Shown here one piece after another: positions 20,324-29,033 of a stretch of DNA of 64,000 nt. Source of the stretch: an uncultured bacterium (lineage in GTDB: Bacteria; Chloroflexota; UBA5177; JANWHV01); assembly GCA_963827235.1 (NCBI GenBank), contig CAWHAE010000016.1:32001-96000 (forward strand), written 5' to 3'. Position 1 is the first letter of the stretch. Each line of letters starts with the position of its first letter. The translations under genes and the position numbers were made by a program. The notes under the pieces are model-generated. The model saw only the letters and a program-made list of their open reading frames with translations. It searched no databases and was not told the DNA's origin.

Positions 20324-21529
20324 TCACAAGGGAATCGGCGAAGGCGGAGCTCCCCAACGAAACGAGGAGTGCCTGTCAATGGGCCGCCGAGCCAGGGTTC
20401 GTGGTGACCGCCCTACCTGGACCGGCGGCATCGCCGCCTGCGTGTACGGCTCATCCGGCGCGTAGGGATCGAACTGAGCCTGGAAGGTCGGCGAGGCAAC
20501 CACCTGGCGAAAAGCAGACAGCGATGCAGGTGAGGAATCCACCCTCCAGTCTGCGCCGTCCACCGCGTCAAACCATAGCACGGCTCGAACGCGCGGCATA
20601 GCGGCAGGCAAGGCGTTGAGCAAGCCTTCAGTGATCCAGTCTGCCTTGTCACCACCGGTCTCGGCGCTGGCCACTTCCGAGATCATCAGCGGCCGAGCGC
20701 TCAACCGGCCGATAGCGTCATAGGTAGGGCCAAAGACCTCCACCAGACTCCGCCACGATCCGTTCGGCGGCGTGGTGCCAAAGTTGTAACCGTCCATCGC
20801 CACCCAATCTACGTAGGCATCGCCAGGGTAATCCTGGGCAATCGGCGTGGATCTGGGCAGCTCAGTGTTTACACACCACACCCAGAGCGCATTCGTGGCG
20901 CCGACCTCCGTGAACAGATCGTGCACGTGTCGCCACGCGGCGATGTAGTCGTCCGGGCTGTTCCCATTGGGATTGCCCGCGCCCGTACTCCACGAGTACC
21001 AGGTGGCATTCATCTCGTGTGCGAAACGCAGCAGGAACGGGTAGCCCCAGCTCTTGGCCTCGCCGGCGAATCGCCTTATGTAGTCGTCGTAGGCACCGGA
21101 GGCGATCGCCGTCAGCTTGAAAGCAGGCTGGTTGCCAGGCAAATTGTAATTGTCCGGCAGCCATGTCCACATGGGGACGGCACCCCGAGAGCGTATGGCC
21201 TCCATGACGGAGCTGTTGAAGTCAGGAAAGTGCACCCAGTCGCTGCCGACGTTGACGACGGCCGGCATTCTGCCCACGAGCGAGGCGTAGTAGTCAAGCA
21301 GGCCGGCTCTGCTGAACACGGTCTGATTACCCAGCGTGATGGTAGCTCCAAGCGCTATCCCGCCCTGGCTCGGGTCGCGGGCGGTTCCGGCCACAGCCGT
21401 TCCGAGAGACAGAAGCAGAAGGCAGATCGAAGTCAGGAGCATGCACATCGACCGCAGGCGGCAGTACGGCCGCAGCACACGATCGGTGCGAACTCCATGT
21501 AAGGACGCCGCACGAAGGATGATGTTCAT
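20324..21529 (-). CDS. Secreted glycoside hydrolase family 26
   Basis: Hydrophobic leader; LLRFAHEMN, YPGDAYVDWVAMDGYN, PLMISE catalytic motifs; start uncertain. Confidence 0.88.
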   Translation of the reverse strand: MNIILRAASLHGVRTDRVLRPYCRLRSMCMLLTSICLLLLSLGTAVAGTARDPSQGGIALGATITLGNQTVFSRAGLLDYYASLVGRMPAVVNVGSDWVHFPDFNSSVMEAIRSRGAVPMWTWLPDNYNLPGNQPAFKLTAIASGAYDDYIRRFAGEAKSWGYPFLLRFAHEMNATWYSWSTGAGNPNGNSPDDYIAAWRHVHDLFTEVGATNALWVWCVNTELPRSTPIAQDYPGDAYVDWVAMDGYNFGTTPPNGSWRSLVEVFGPTYDAIGRLSARPLMISEVASAETGGDKADWITEGLLNALPAAMPRVRAVLWFDAVDGADWRVDSSPASLSAFRQVVASPTFQAQFDPYAPDEPYTQAAMPPVQVGRSPRTLARRPIDRHSSFRWGAPPSPIPL

Positions 21530-21713
21530 GGGGCTCGTTTCATTCAGGACCGGTACAGTGCAGCGGTCAGGTGCTGAGCACGTATCGCTAGAGGAAATGC
21601 TAAAGGTCAGCGCCGTAACATTCCAGCCCGTTGTCCTGTGTAGGTGCCACGTGCCTGCTACGAAGCATGCGGCAGGCGACCGTCGTGTGGCGAATAGGAG
21701 CGTTCCAACAGTA

Positions 21714-21742
21714 TTGACTACACATAGGCTTCTATCTATCCT
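21714..21742 (+). promoter_or_regulatory. Sigma70-like promoter for the rfbF operon
   Basis: TTGACT-N17-TATCCT in an AT-rich patch. Confidence 0.55.
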
Positions 21743-22119
21743 GGCATTAGGAACGCTTGTAGCCAATCGTAAACGGAGCCATGCTGCAAAGTGGAATGCG
21801 GTGAACCGCCTGGGCCGGAACCGGTCGTTTGCAGTACCGGCGGAGATATCCGATCGGCACAACTGCTCGGTCGCCTCGACGTCGCGGCGATGGGGCCGAA
21901 GGCAGCGAGCTACACCGGTCGAATCGGGGCGAGGCCATGCGAACGCCGGCCCGCTCGGCCGTATTCCAGGTAACTGGGCCGTGTAGCTCGCGCCGATCAG
22001 GGGTGCCTGCTCAAGAGTTAGCAGGCAGAGCGAGTAGCCACGACTAGACGTGCGCTCCGGGCACGTTAGCCGGCTACTGAGTAATGGTACGAGGCAGTTC
22101 GGGAGAGGAGCATGGTGCG

Positions 22120-22914
22120 ATGAAGGTGGTTCTGTTCTGCGGCGGCCTCGGCATGCGGCTTAGAGAGTTCTCAGAAAACGTGCCAAAGCCCATGGTGCCG
22201 ATCGGCAACCATCCAATACTCTGGCATGTGATGAAGTACTACGCGCATTACGGCCACACCGACTTCATCCTGTGCCTGGGCTATCGGGCGCACGTGATCA
22301 AAGAGTACTTCTTGAACTACAACGAGGCTGTGTCCAACGACTTCACGCTATCGGACGGCGGCCGCAGCCTTCAACTGCTCAGCAGCGACATCCACGACTG
22401 GCGAGTGACCTTCATCGATACCGGGCTGACGTCGAACATCGGGCAGCGGCTGAAAGCTGTGGAGCCGTATCTCGATGGAGAGAAGGTCTTCCTGGCCAAC
22501 TACACGGACGGCCTGACGGACCTGCCGCTGCCCACTCTCGTGGATCACTTCACCGCCTCGGACAAGGTCGGCTGCTTCGTGGCAGTGCGGCCGACCCAGA
22601 CCTTTCACCGCGTCACCATCGAGCCGGACGGGGCAGTACGCAGTATCCGCGACGCGCGCGATGCCGATTTTCGCATCAACGGCGGCTTCTTCGTGTTCAA
22701 GCACGAGATCTTCGACTACATCCGGCCCGGTGAGGAGCTCGTGCACGAGCCGTTCCAGCGCCTGATCGCCGAGAAGCAGCTTACCGCGTACAAGCACGAT
22801 GGCTTCTGGTCGTGCATGGATACTTTCAAGGAGAAACAGCAGTTCGACGACATGTACGCACGAGGCGAGGTGCCCTGGGAAGTGTGGCATAAGCCGGTCA
22901 TGCGAGTGAGCTAG
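22120..22914 (+). CDS. rfbF: Glucose-1-phosphate cytidylyltransferase
   Basis: MKVVLFCGGLGMRL..PKPMV, INGGFFV, HDGFWSCMDT; GAGGAG RBS. Confidence 0.9.
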   Translation: MKVVLFCGGLGMRLREFSENVPKPMVPIGNHPILWHVMKYYAHYGHTDFILCLGYRAHVIKEYFLNYNEAVSNDFTLSDGGRSLQLLSSDIHDWRVTFIDTGLTSNIGQRLKAVEPYLDGEKVFLANYTDGLTDLPLPTLVDHFTASDKVGCFVAVRPTQTFHRVTIEPDGAVRSIRDARDADFRINGGFFVFKHEIFDYIRPGEELVHEPFQRLIAEKQLTAYKHDGFWSCMDTFKEKQQFDDMYARGEVPWEVWHKPVMRVS

Positions 22915-22931
22915 GAGGATTCCTCGAAGGC

Positions 22932-23576
22932 ATGCAGACACTCTCATTCACCAGCCCGCCGCGGCGAATCCTCTGTCTGGGCGCACACAGCGACGACCTG
23001 GAAATCGGTTGCGGCGGCACCTTGTTGCGCCTGCTCCACTCCTTTCCCGGCGTAGAGGTATGCTGGATGGTCTTCGGCGCCCGCGAACAGCGAGCCGAGG
23101 AAGCGCGTCGAAGCGCCGAGGCGTTCCTGGCGCGGTCTGCGACGCCCGCGATCGACGTCCGCGGCTTCAGGGACGGCTTCTTTCCTTACCTGGGTGATGA
23201 GATCAAGGTCTGTTTCGAAGAGCTGAAATCGCGATTCGCTCCGGACCTCATCTTCACCCATCAGGGCCGGGACGCGCATCAGGATCACAGGCTGCTCAAC
23301 GAGCTCACGTGGAATACCTTCCGAAATCACCTCATTCTGGAGTACGAGATTCCGAAATATGACGGCGACTTCGGCTCGCCCAACGTGTTCGTCTACCTGG
23401 ACGAACAGACCGTGCACGCGAAGGTCGACCACTTGATGACATACTTCGCCACGCAGCGCGACAAGCATTGGTTCACTCGGGACCTCTTCATGTCTGTGCT
23501 GCGTATCCGCGGGATGGAGTCCGCGTCGCCTTCGGGGTTTGCCGAGGCATTCTACTCCAGAAAAGTCGCATTCTGA
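22932..23576 (+). CDS. PIG-L family deacetylase
   Basis: GAHSDDLEIGCGG, DAHQDH. Confidence 0.9.
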   Translation: MQTLSFTSPPRRILCLGAHSDDLEIGCGGTLLRLLHSFPGVEVCWMVFGAREQRAEEARRSAEAFLARSATPAIDVRGFRDGFFPYLGDEIKVCFEELKSRFAPDLIFTHQGRDAHQDHRLLNELTWNTFRNHLILEYEIPKYDGDFGSPNVFVYLDEQTVHAKVDHLMTYFATQRDKHWFTRDLFMSVLRIRGMESASPSGFAEAFYSRKVAF

Positions 23577-23606
23577 GCCAGACGCTTTGGTGGGGAGTGA
23601 TAGCAG

Positions 23607-24656
23607 ATGAAGGTATTGGTAACCGGAACCGACGGGTATATCGGGTCACAGCTCGCTCCTTACCTCCGAGCAAGGGGCCACGAGGTGGTCGGGCTGGACG
23701 CGGGCTTCTACCGGGACGGCCTGCTTTACGGGGAGGATAATCCCGGGGGCACCACGATACGAAAGGACATCCGCCACATCGAGCTGGAAGACGTGCAGGG
23801 CTTCGACGCGGTGGTGCACCTGGCGGAGCTGTCAAACGACCCCCTGGGTCAGCACAATCGACAACTCACCTTCGACATCAACCATCTGGGAAGCGTCCGG
23901 CTGGCCAGGCTGTGCCGGGAAGCCGGTGTGCGCCGCTTCGTCTACACCTCGTCCTGCAGCGTGTACGGCATCGGCACCGACGAGATCATGACGGAGGAGA
24001 GCGCTCCCAACCCGCAGACTGCCTACGCCGAGTGCAAGGTCCTGGTCGAGCGCGACGTGCGTAGCCTGGCCGGCGACTACTTTTCGCCGACGTTCCTGCG
24101 CAATGCGACGGCTTTCGGCCCGTCGCCACGCATGCGGTTCGACATCGTGTTGAACAACCTGGCCGGGCTCGCCTGGACGACGAACACGATCGCCATGACC
24201 AGTGACGGCACACCGTGGCGGCCCCTGGTTCACGTCCTCGACATTTGCGAGGCGATCGCCTGTACTCTCGCGGCGCCGCCCGAAGCCGTGCACAACCAGA
24301 TCTTCAACGTGGGCGATTCGCGCTTCAACTACCGCGTCAAAGAGATCGCCAACGTGGTCGCGGATGCATTCCCGGGGTGCAAGGTTACGTTTGGCAAGCC
24401 GGACAAGGATAATCGCAGCTACCGCGTGTCCTTTGCCAAGATCTCGGCGCACCTGCCCTCGTTTGCCTGCTCGCGCGATGCCGCTACGGGTGCACGAGAG
24501 CTCTACGAGATCTTCAGCTCCATTGAGATGCCCGCAGACAGGTTCAAGTTCAGAGCGTTCACCCGCCTGGATCAGATCCGCTACCTGCTGGAGACTGGAC
24601 AGATCGACGACCGCCTCTACTGGCGAGCAGCCGCTCCGGCGTTCGCCGCAAACTGA
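23607..24656 (+). CDS. NAD-dependent epimerase/dehydratase (extended SDR)
   Basis: VTGTDGYIG, SSCSVYG, YAECK. Confidence 0.92.
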   Translation: MKVLVTGTDGYIGSQLAPYLRARGHEVVGLDAGFYRDGLLYGEDNPGGTTIRKDIRHIELEDVQGFDAVVHLAELSNDPLGQHNRQLTFDINHLGSVRLARLCREAGVRRFVYTSSCSVYGIGTDEIMTEESAPNPQTAYAECKVLVERDVRSLAGDYFSPTFLRNATAFGPSPRMRFDIVLNNLAGLAWTTNTIAMTSDGTPWRPLVHVLDICEAIACTLAAPPEAVHNQIFNVGDSRFNYRVKEIANVVADAFPGCKVTFGKPDKDNRSYRVSFAKISAHLPSFACSRDAATGARELYEIFSSIEMPADRFKFRAFTRLDQIRYLLETGQIDDRLYWRAAAPAFAAN

Positions 24657-24696
24657 GGGCTCGGTGTGCCGCCCAGCCGGCGGCGCGACCGTCTCG

Positions 24697-24730
24697 TTCC
24701 CGGCGGCACTCAGCAGTGACCGCCGGGAAC
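24697..24730. terminator. Hairpin between convergent genes
   Basis: GTTCCCGGCGG...CCGCCGGGAAC. Confidence 0.5.
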
Positions 24731-24731
24731 A

Positions 24732-25301
24732 CTAGCTCTCGAGGGCCTCGATGCGAGGACCCAGGCTGTCGATCATGGCGTGCAGCCGCTCGTGCGTACC
24801 CTTCCCCATTACCTCTTCTTCGAAGCGATCGAACGACGCTACCAGAGCGGCTTCCTCCGCATCGTCTGTGACGGCACCGGCCCGCTTCAGAACGTCGTCG
24901 TTCTCGCGCTGAATGTGACCGCGCAGGAACTGCGCATAAGCCCGCGCCGCCCGTGCCACATCCGGCACCGCCGAGGCACCGTCCACCGCGTACTTCCGCA
25001 CTGCCTCTGCCAGGTCATCGACCAGGCGGCCGCCTTCGACGTGCTCGGCTTCGAGGCGCAAGACGTGGCCCGCCAACGCCGAATCCCGGCGCAGTACTGG
25101 GAACACGATCTGCTCCTCTTTGCCATGGTGGCATGCGCCGACAAACAGGCTGAAGAACTGCGCGAGATCCTCGAACACCAGCACATCGACCGGCCGGCCG
25201 CTTTCTACTGCCACGACGGCCCTATCCTGTAGTTCGAGAACGCCAAGAATGGCCGAATGCTCCTGCATCAGAATATCACAGCTCGATCGTGCAGCATTCA
25301 T
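24732..25301 (-). CDS. Hemerythrin (HHE) domain protein
   Basis: LMQEH, CHHGKEE..VFP, EHVEG, HIQREND. Confidence 0.88.
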   Translation of the reverse strand: MNAARSSCDILMQEHSAILGVLELQDRAVVAVESGRPVDVLVFEDLAQFFSLFVGACHHGKEEQIVFPVLRRDSALAGHVLRLEAEHVEGGRLVDDLAEAVRKYAVDGASAVPDVARAARAYAQFLRGHIQRENDDVLKRAGAVTDDAEEAALVASFDRFEEEVMGKGTHERLHAMIDSLGPRIEALES

Positions 25302-25386
25302 ATGGTTTGATTCCTTCTCTTGCACGGCCAATCGCCGGGAGAGCCGGCCCGCCGGCGCCAGGCCGTCTCTCCGGGCCTTCACGTCG

Positions 25387-25429
25387 ATTCTAGGCCCTAA
25401 GGCGTGGCCGGTCTGTGACCACAGTCACA
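25387..25429 (-). promoter_or_regulatory. CRP/FNR-family site and class II promoter for the hemerythrin gene
   Basis: Perfect TGTGA-N6-TCACA at 25414-25429; -10 TAGAAT (minus strand, 25392-25387) places the site centre at -41.5. Confidence 0.8.
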
Positions 25430-25527
25430 CATAGCGCAGAGCCGATCCCGTAGCCCGTCAGAGCGCTCAACACTCAGGGTAGTGCCGATGGGTTGAGTAG
25501 CCCGGCAAACTCGGCAACCGAACCGGC

Positions 25528-27123
25528 TCAGGAGAGGTCGCTCTCCCCGGCTATGGCCGCCAGCTCCTCATCGCTTTTCCGCGCGGCGAAGTCACTGAAC
25601 GACTGCCCGTCCGCGCGCTCGCGGAGGTAGGCGCCGACGAAGTTATCCACGCATTGCGGCACCGAATCGGCAGGCACGCAGCGGATGACGGCGTGACCCA
25701 GGGCCATCGGCGCGTCGCGCCGGCCACCCAGGTAGATCGTGTAGACATCCCGCCGGTCACCCTGTTCGTTGACGCGCACCCGTGCTGCCTGCAGGCCAAT
25801 ATCGGCAATCCAGTGCTGGGCGCACGAGCGGGGGCAAGCGTCCACGCTGAGCGAGAGCATGCCGGCCACGCTTCCGTAGCGCCCCTGCAGACGATCGACG
25901 ATGCGGCGCAGCATGGGTTTTGACGGTGCCACGGCGAACGGGCAGAACGGCTGGCCGCTGCAGGCTGTGCCGAGAGCACCGGCGGCCGAACCGGGAACGG
26001 CCAGACCGGCGCGGGCAAGCGCGTCGCGGACGGACTCGACGTCACCGCTCGCAATATGCGCCACTATGAGGTTTTGCTGCGTCGTCAGCCGAATGTCGGC
26101 GCCGCAGGATTCCGCCAGGCGCGCCACGGCCAACGACTGCTCGGTCGTGATCTGCCCGTCGACCAGGCGGATACCTAGATAGTATCTGCCGTCCTTCTGC
26201 CGGATGATTGCCATATGATCAGTGGCCGGGCTTCGATCCGCCGGAATATCAAGCCGCTCGAGCTGCCGATCAAGAAGCGCGTCCAGTCGCCGTGCAATGT
26301 CGTCGACGCCGTACGCGTCGACCATCCACTTCAGGCGCGCTCTGGCGACTGAGTGCTGCCTGGGCGCGAACTCCATCCACATGGCGATAAGGGCACGAGC
26401 TACCGGTATCACATCGGCCCGCGTCACGAGAACTCCGAGGGATCGTCCAAGACGAGGACTGGCGCCCAGGCCACCGCCGACTCGCACGTCGAAGGCCTCA
26501 GTGCCCGCACCATGCGCTATCGGCACACGGATAGCGGAGAAGCTGATGCAGTTTAGCTCGGGCACGCAGCAGCGGCCGGCGCAGGACGTCACGCTGAGCT
26601 TCAGCTTGCGCGGCAATGCGCCGAGCCCGACGTCGCGCCTGAGCTCAACCGAGAGATCATCGTAGACGCCGCGGCAGTCGAACAGCTCGTCCGGGTCCAG
26701 ACCCGAGACAGGACAACCAGTCATGTTGACGAGCGTGCTGCCGCCCGCACCGAGCGAGGTGAGGCCGGCCGCGTCGAGATCAGCATAGACAGCCGGCAGA
26801 CTCGACAGCGCGATACCATGTAGCTGGATGCACTGCCGGGTCGTGAGCTCAGCCATGCCGTTGCCGTGCCTGTCGACAAGCCTGCTTATGGTCTCTAGCT
26901 GAGCAGCGCTCAGACGGCCACCGGGCGTACGAACGCGCAGCATGAGGTGCTCTGGGTGGTCGGCGTCCCGGTAGACGCCGCAGCGGCGCGCGGCCGCTAC
27001 ATCCTCACTGGTGGCCTTGTCGAGGTCGCCTGCGAAAGACGGAGCGAGCCCGACGAATATCTGCCAGGTCGAGATCGCCTGCGGTCGTGGCGTGAGACTG
27101 TCGATCATGGTCGTCCCGTGCAC
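25528..27123 (-). CDS. Ferredoxin-dependent nitrite/sulfite reductase (siroheme, 4Fe-4S)
   Basis: MLRVRTPGG, LTTRQCIQLH, LPRKLK, CSGQPFC and ACPRSC cysteine motifs, ADIGL; alternative ATG at 27108. Confidence 0.88.
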   Translation of the reverse strand: MHGTTMIDSLTPRPQAISTWQIFVGLAPSFAGDLDKATSEDVAAARRCGVYRDADHPEHLMLRVRTPGGRLSAAQLETISRLVDRHGNGMAELTTRQCIQLHGIALSSLPAVYADLDAAGLTSLGAGGSTLVNMTGCPVSGLDPDELFDCRGVYDDLSVELRRDVGLGALPRKLKLSVTSCAGRCCVPELNCISFSAIRVPIAHGAGTEAFDVRVGGGLGASPRLGRSLGVLVTRADVIPVARALIAMWMEFAPRQHSVARARLKWMVDAYGVDDIARRLDALLDRQLERLDIPADRSPATDHMAIIRQKDGRYYLGIRLVDGQITTEQSLAVARLAESCGADIRLTTQQNLIVAHIASGDVESVRDALARAGLAVPGSAAGALGTACSGQPFCPFAVAPSKPMLRRIVDRLQGRYGSVAGMLSLSVDACPRSCAQHWIADIGLQAARVRVNEQGDRRDVYTIYLGGRRDAPMALGHAVIRCVPADSVPQCVDNFVGAYLRERADGQSFSDFAARKSDEELAAIAGESDLS

Positions 27124-27185
27124 CGAATGATCACGGTAGCCGCGCTGCGCGCCGGAGCCGGCTACGCCGGCACTTGCCCGCTGTT

Positions 27186-27228
27186 AGCATACGTCACCTG
27201 TCAAGTACCTGCTGCGACGTGGGTCACG
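27186..27228 (-). promoter_or_regulatory. CRP/FNR-family site and class II promoter for the reductase gene
   Basis: TGCGA-N6-TCACG at 27213-27228; -10 TATGCT (minus strand, 27191-27186) again gives -41.5. Confidence 0.65.
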
Positions 27229-27260
27229 CAGGTGCAACCGCGGATCGGGAACCAGATCAC

Positions 27261-27288
27261 GGTGCCTGGTGCCCGGTGCCCGGTGCCG
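27261..27288 (+). repeat. 7-bp tandem repeat, four copies
   Basis: GGTGCCT GGTGCCC GGTGCCC GGTGCCG. Confidence 0.7.
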
Positions 27289-27636
27289 CGAGTATCCTGG
27301 CCGCTCGCCAGCCACCTGGAGGACAGCGGGACGAGCGCGAGTCAAGAATGTGGGCGTCCCGGTGCCGTGAGCTTCCCTCACAGAAGGACCGTACGGCTCG
27401 CAAAGCCGAGACCGCGGGCGTGTTGCCCGCATCGACCCCGTGCTGCCTTCACTGTCGCGGGCGGTATTGCCGACCGGCTTCAAAGGCCTATGGTCCCGTT
27501 CACCCGCTGGACGTCCGGGCGGTGGACATCGCCGCACTCGCGCTGTTCTGGCAGGATAGCATAGGAGAAACGGGGTGGGCAGCATGGGCAGGCATGCCCG
27601 CAGGCCGAAAGGAAACGTGAGGCAGAGAGTCGCAGC

Positions 27637-28821
27637 ATGAATCAGCAAACTAGCGGCGGTACATCAGCCGCGGCGGTTGCAAGATTGCTCGCCGCCTGGC
27701 GAGGCGAGATCGAGGCACGCTATGTCTACGACATCATCGCCATGCGCGAGCCCGACGAACGCAGGTCCGCCATCCTGCGCAAGATAGCCGAGGGCGAGAG
27801 CAAGCACCGGAAAATGCTCGAGGCGCGTCTGACGGAGCTGGGAGTTGAGATACCCGATCCGGCGAGCGTGCACATCTCACCATGGGTCCGCATGCAGGCG
27901 AGGCTGGCCCCGATCGAGCAGCTCCTGCGGGCCCGTGAAGCCGCTGAAGACGAAGAGGTCCTCAACCAATACGGCACGCCCACGGGCGACGCCGGTACCG
28001 ACGCCGTCCTGGGAGAGATACGGCGCGATGAGCGATCGCACTCACTAACCGTCAACAGCATGCTCGGCGAGGACGTTTCTCCGGCGCCTTCCGAAGCCAG
28101 GACGGCGATTCAGGAGCGGCTCGACCGCATGCTCAGCACTGAGCGCCATCGCACAGGATCGGGCTGGGTCTCGGACGCCATCTACGGCGCGAACGACGGG
28201 CTTGCCGCCGTGTTCGGCGTGGTGGCGGGCGTCTCGGGAGCCACCGGGGCGACCAGGATCAGCGTGCTCACCGCCGGCCTGGCGGGGGCGATTGCCTCAG
28301 CCCTATCCATGGGCGTGGGCGCCTGGCTGGCTGCGCGGTCGTCCAACGAGATCGCCGAGGCGACCATTGCCCAGGAGCGCAAGGAGCTGGAGATCGACCC
28401 GGCCGAGGAGGTCGAGGAGCTCTCCTTGTTCTACCAGCTCAAGGGCTTGAGCCAGGCGGAGGCCGACGACTTCGTGGCGAAGCTGGCGCGCAGCCAAGAG
28501 GCCATGCTGGAGGCGCTGACGGCAGAGGAGTTCGGCGGGCTGGAACAGGGGAAGAACCCGTGGAATGCCGGGCTTGCCGGACTGACGAGCACGGCTATCG
28601 GCGCCATCGTGCCGGTGATACCGTTCTTCTTCCTGGGGGGAGTGGCCGGGCTGGTCACCGCCTTCGCCGTGTCGCTACTGGCGCACTTCGGCGTAGGAGC
28701 CGCGAAGTCGCTCTTCACGCTGCGCAGCTGGTGGTTTTCCGGCCTAGAGATGACCTTGGCAGGAGTCATCGTCGGCGGTGGGACCTTTGTGCTCGGCCTG
28801 CTGGTCGGCGTCGCCACCTGA
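27637..28821 (+). CDS. Ferritin/rubrerythrin-like domain fused to VIT1/CCC1 transporter (MbfA-like)
   Basis: N-terminal E...ESKH and E...ERSH di-iron motifs; DAIYGANDGL, ASALSMGVGAWL, GAIVPVIPF. Confidence 0.9.
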   Translation: MNQQTSGGTSAAAVARLLAAWRGEIEARYVYDIIAMREPDERRSAILRKIAEGESKHRKMLEARLTELGVEIPDPASVHISPWVRMQARLAPIEQLLRAREAAEDEEVLNQYGTPTGDAGTDAVLGEIRRDERSHSLTVNSMLGEDVSPAPSEARTAIQERLDRMLSTERHRTGSGWVSDAIYGANDGLAAVFGVVAGVSGATGATRISVLTAGLAGAIASALSMGVGAWLAARSSNEIAEATIAQERKELEIDPAEEVEELSLFYQLKGLSQAEADDFVAKLARSQEAMLEALTAEEFGGLEQGKNPWNAGLAGLTSTAIGAIVPVIPFFFLGGVAGLVTAFAVSLLAHFGVGAAKSLFTLRSWWFSGLEMTLAGVIVGGGTFVLGLLVGVAT

Positions 28822-28983
28822 GGTAGCGGCTCGCTGCCGCCAAGCGTCGCGCCCGGGAAGCCAATGGCCGGGCCGAGGTGGAAGCCACTCACGCCACTAT
28901 ACCTGACGAGCACCACTGGAAGAGTGCCGCCCGCCAGCAGAAGCGGACGGCCGGCTCACGGCGCCGGCCGAACAAGGGCGGTG

Positions 28984-29020
28984 CGAGGAGCAGAGCCGCC
29001 TCGTGGGAGCCTGCTCCTCG
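28984..29020. terminator. Hairpin between convergent genes
   Basis: CGAGGAGCAG...CTGCTCCTCG. Confidence 0.45.
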
Positions 29021-29033
29021 CGCCGGGCACTTA

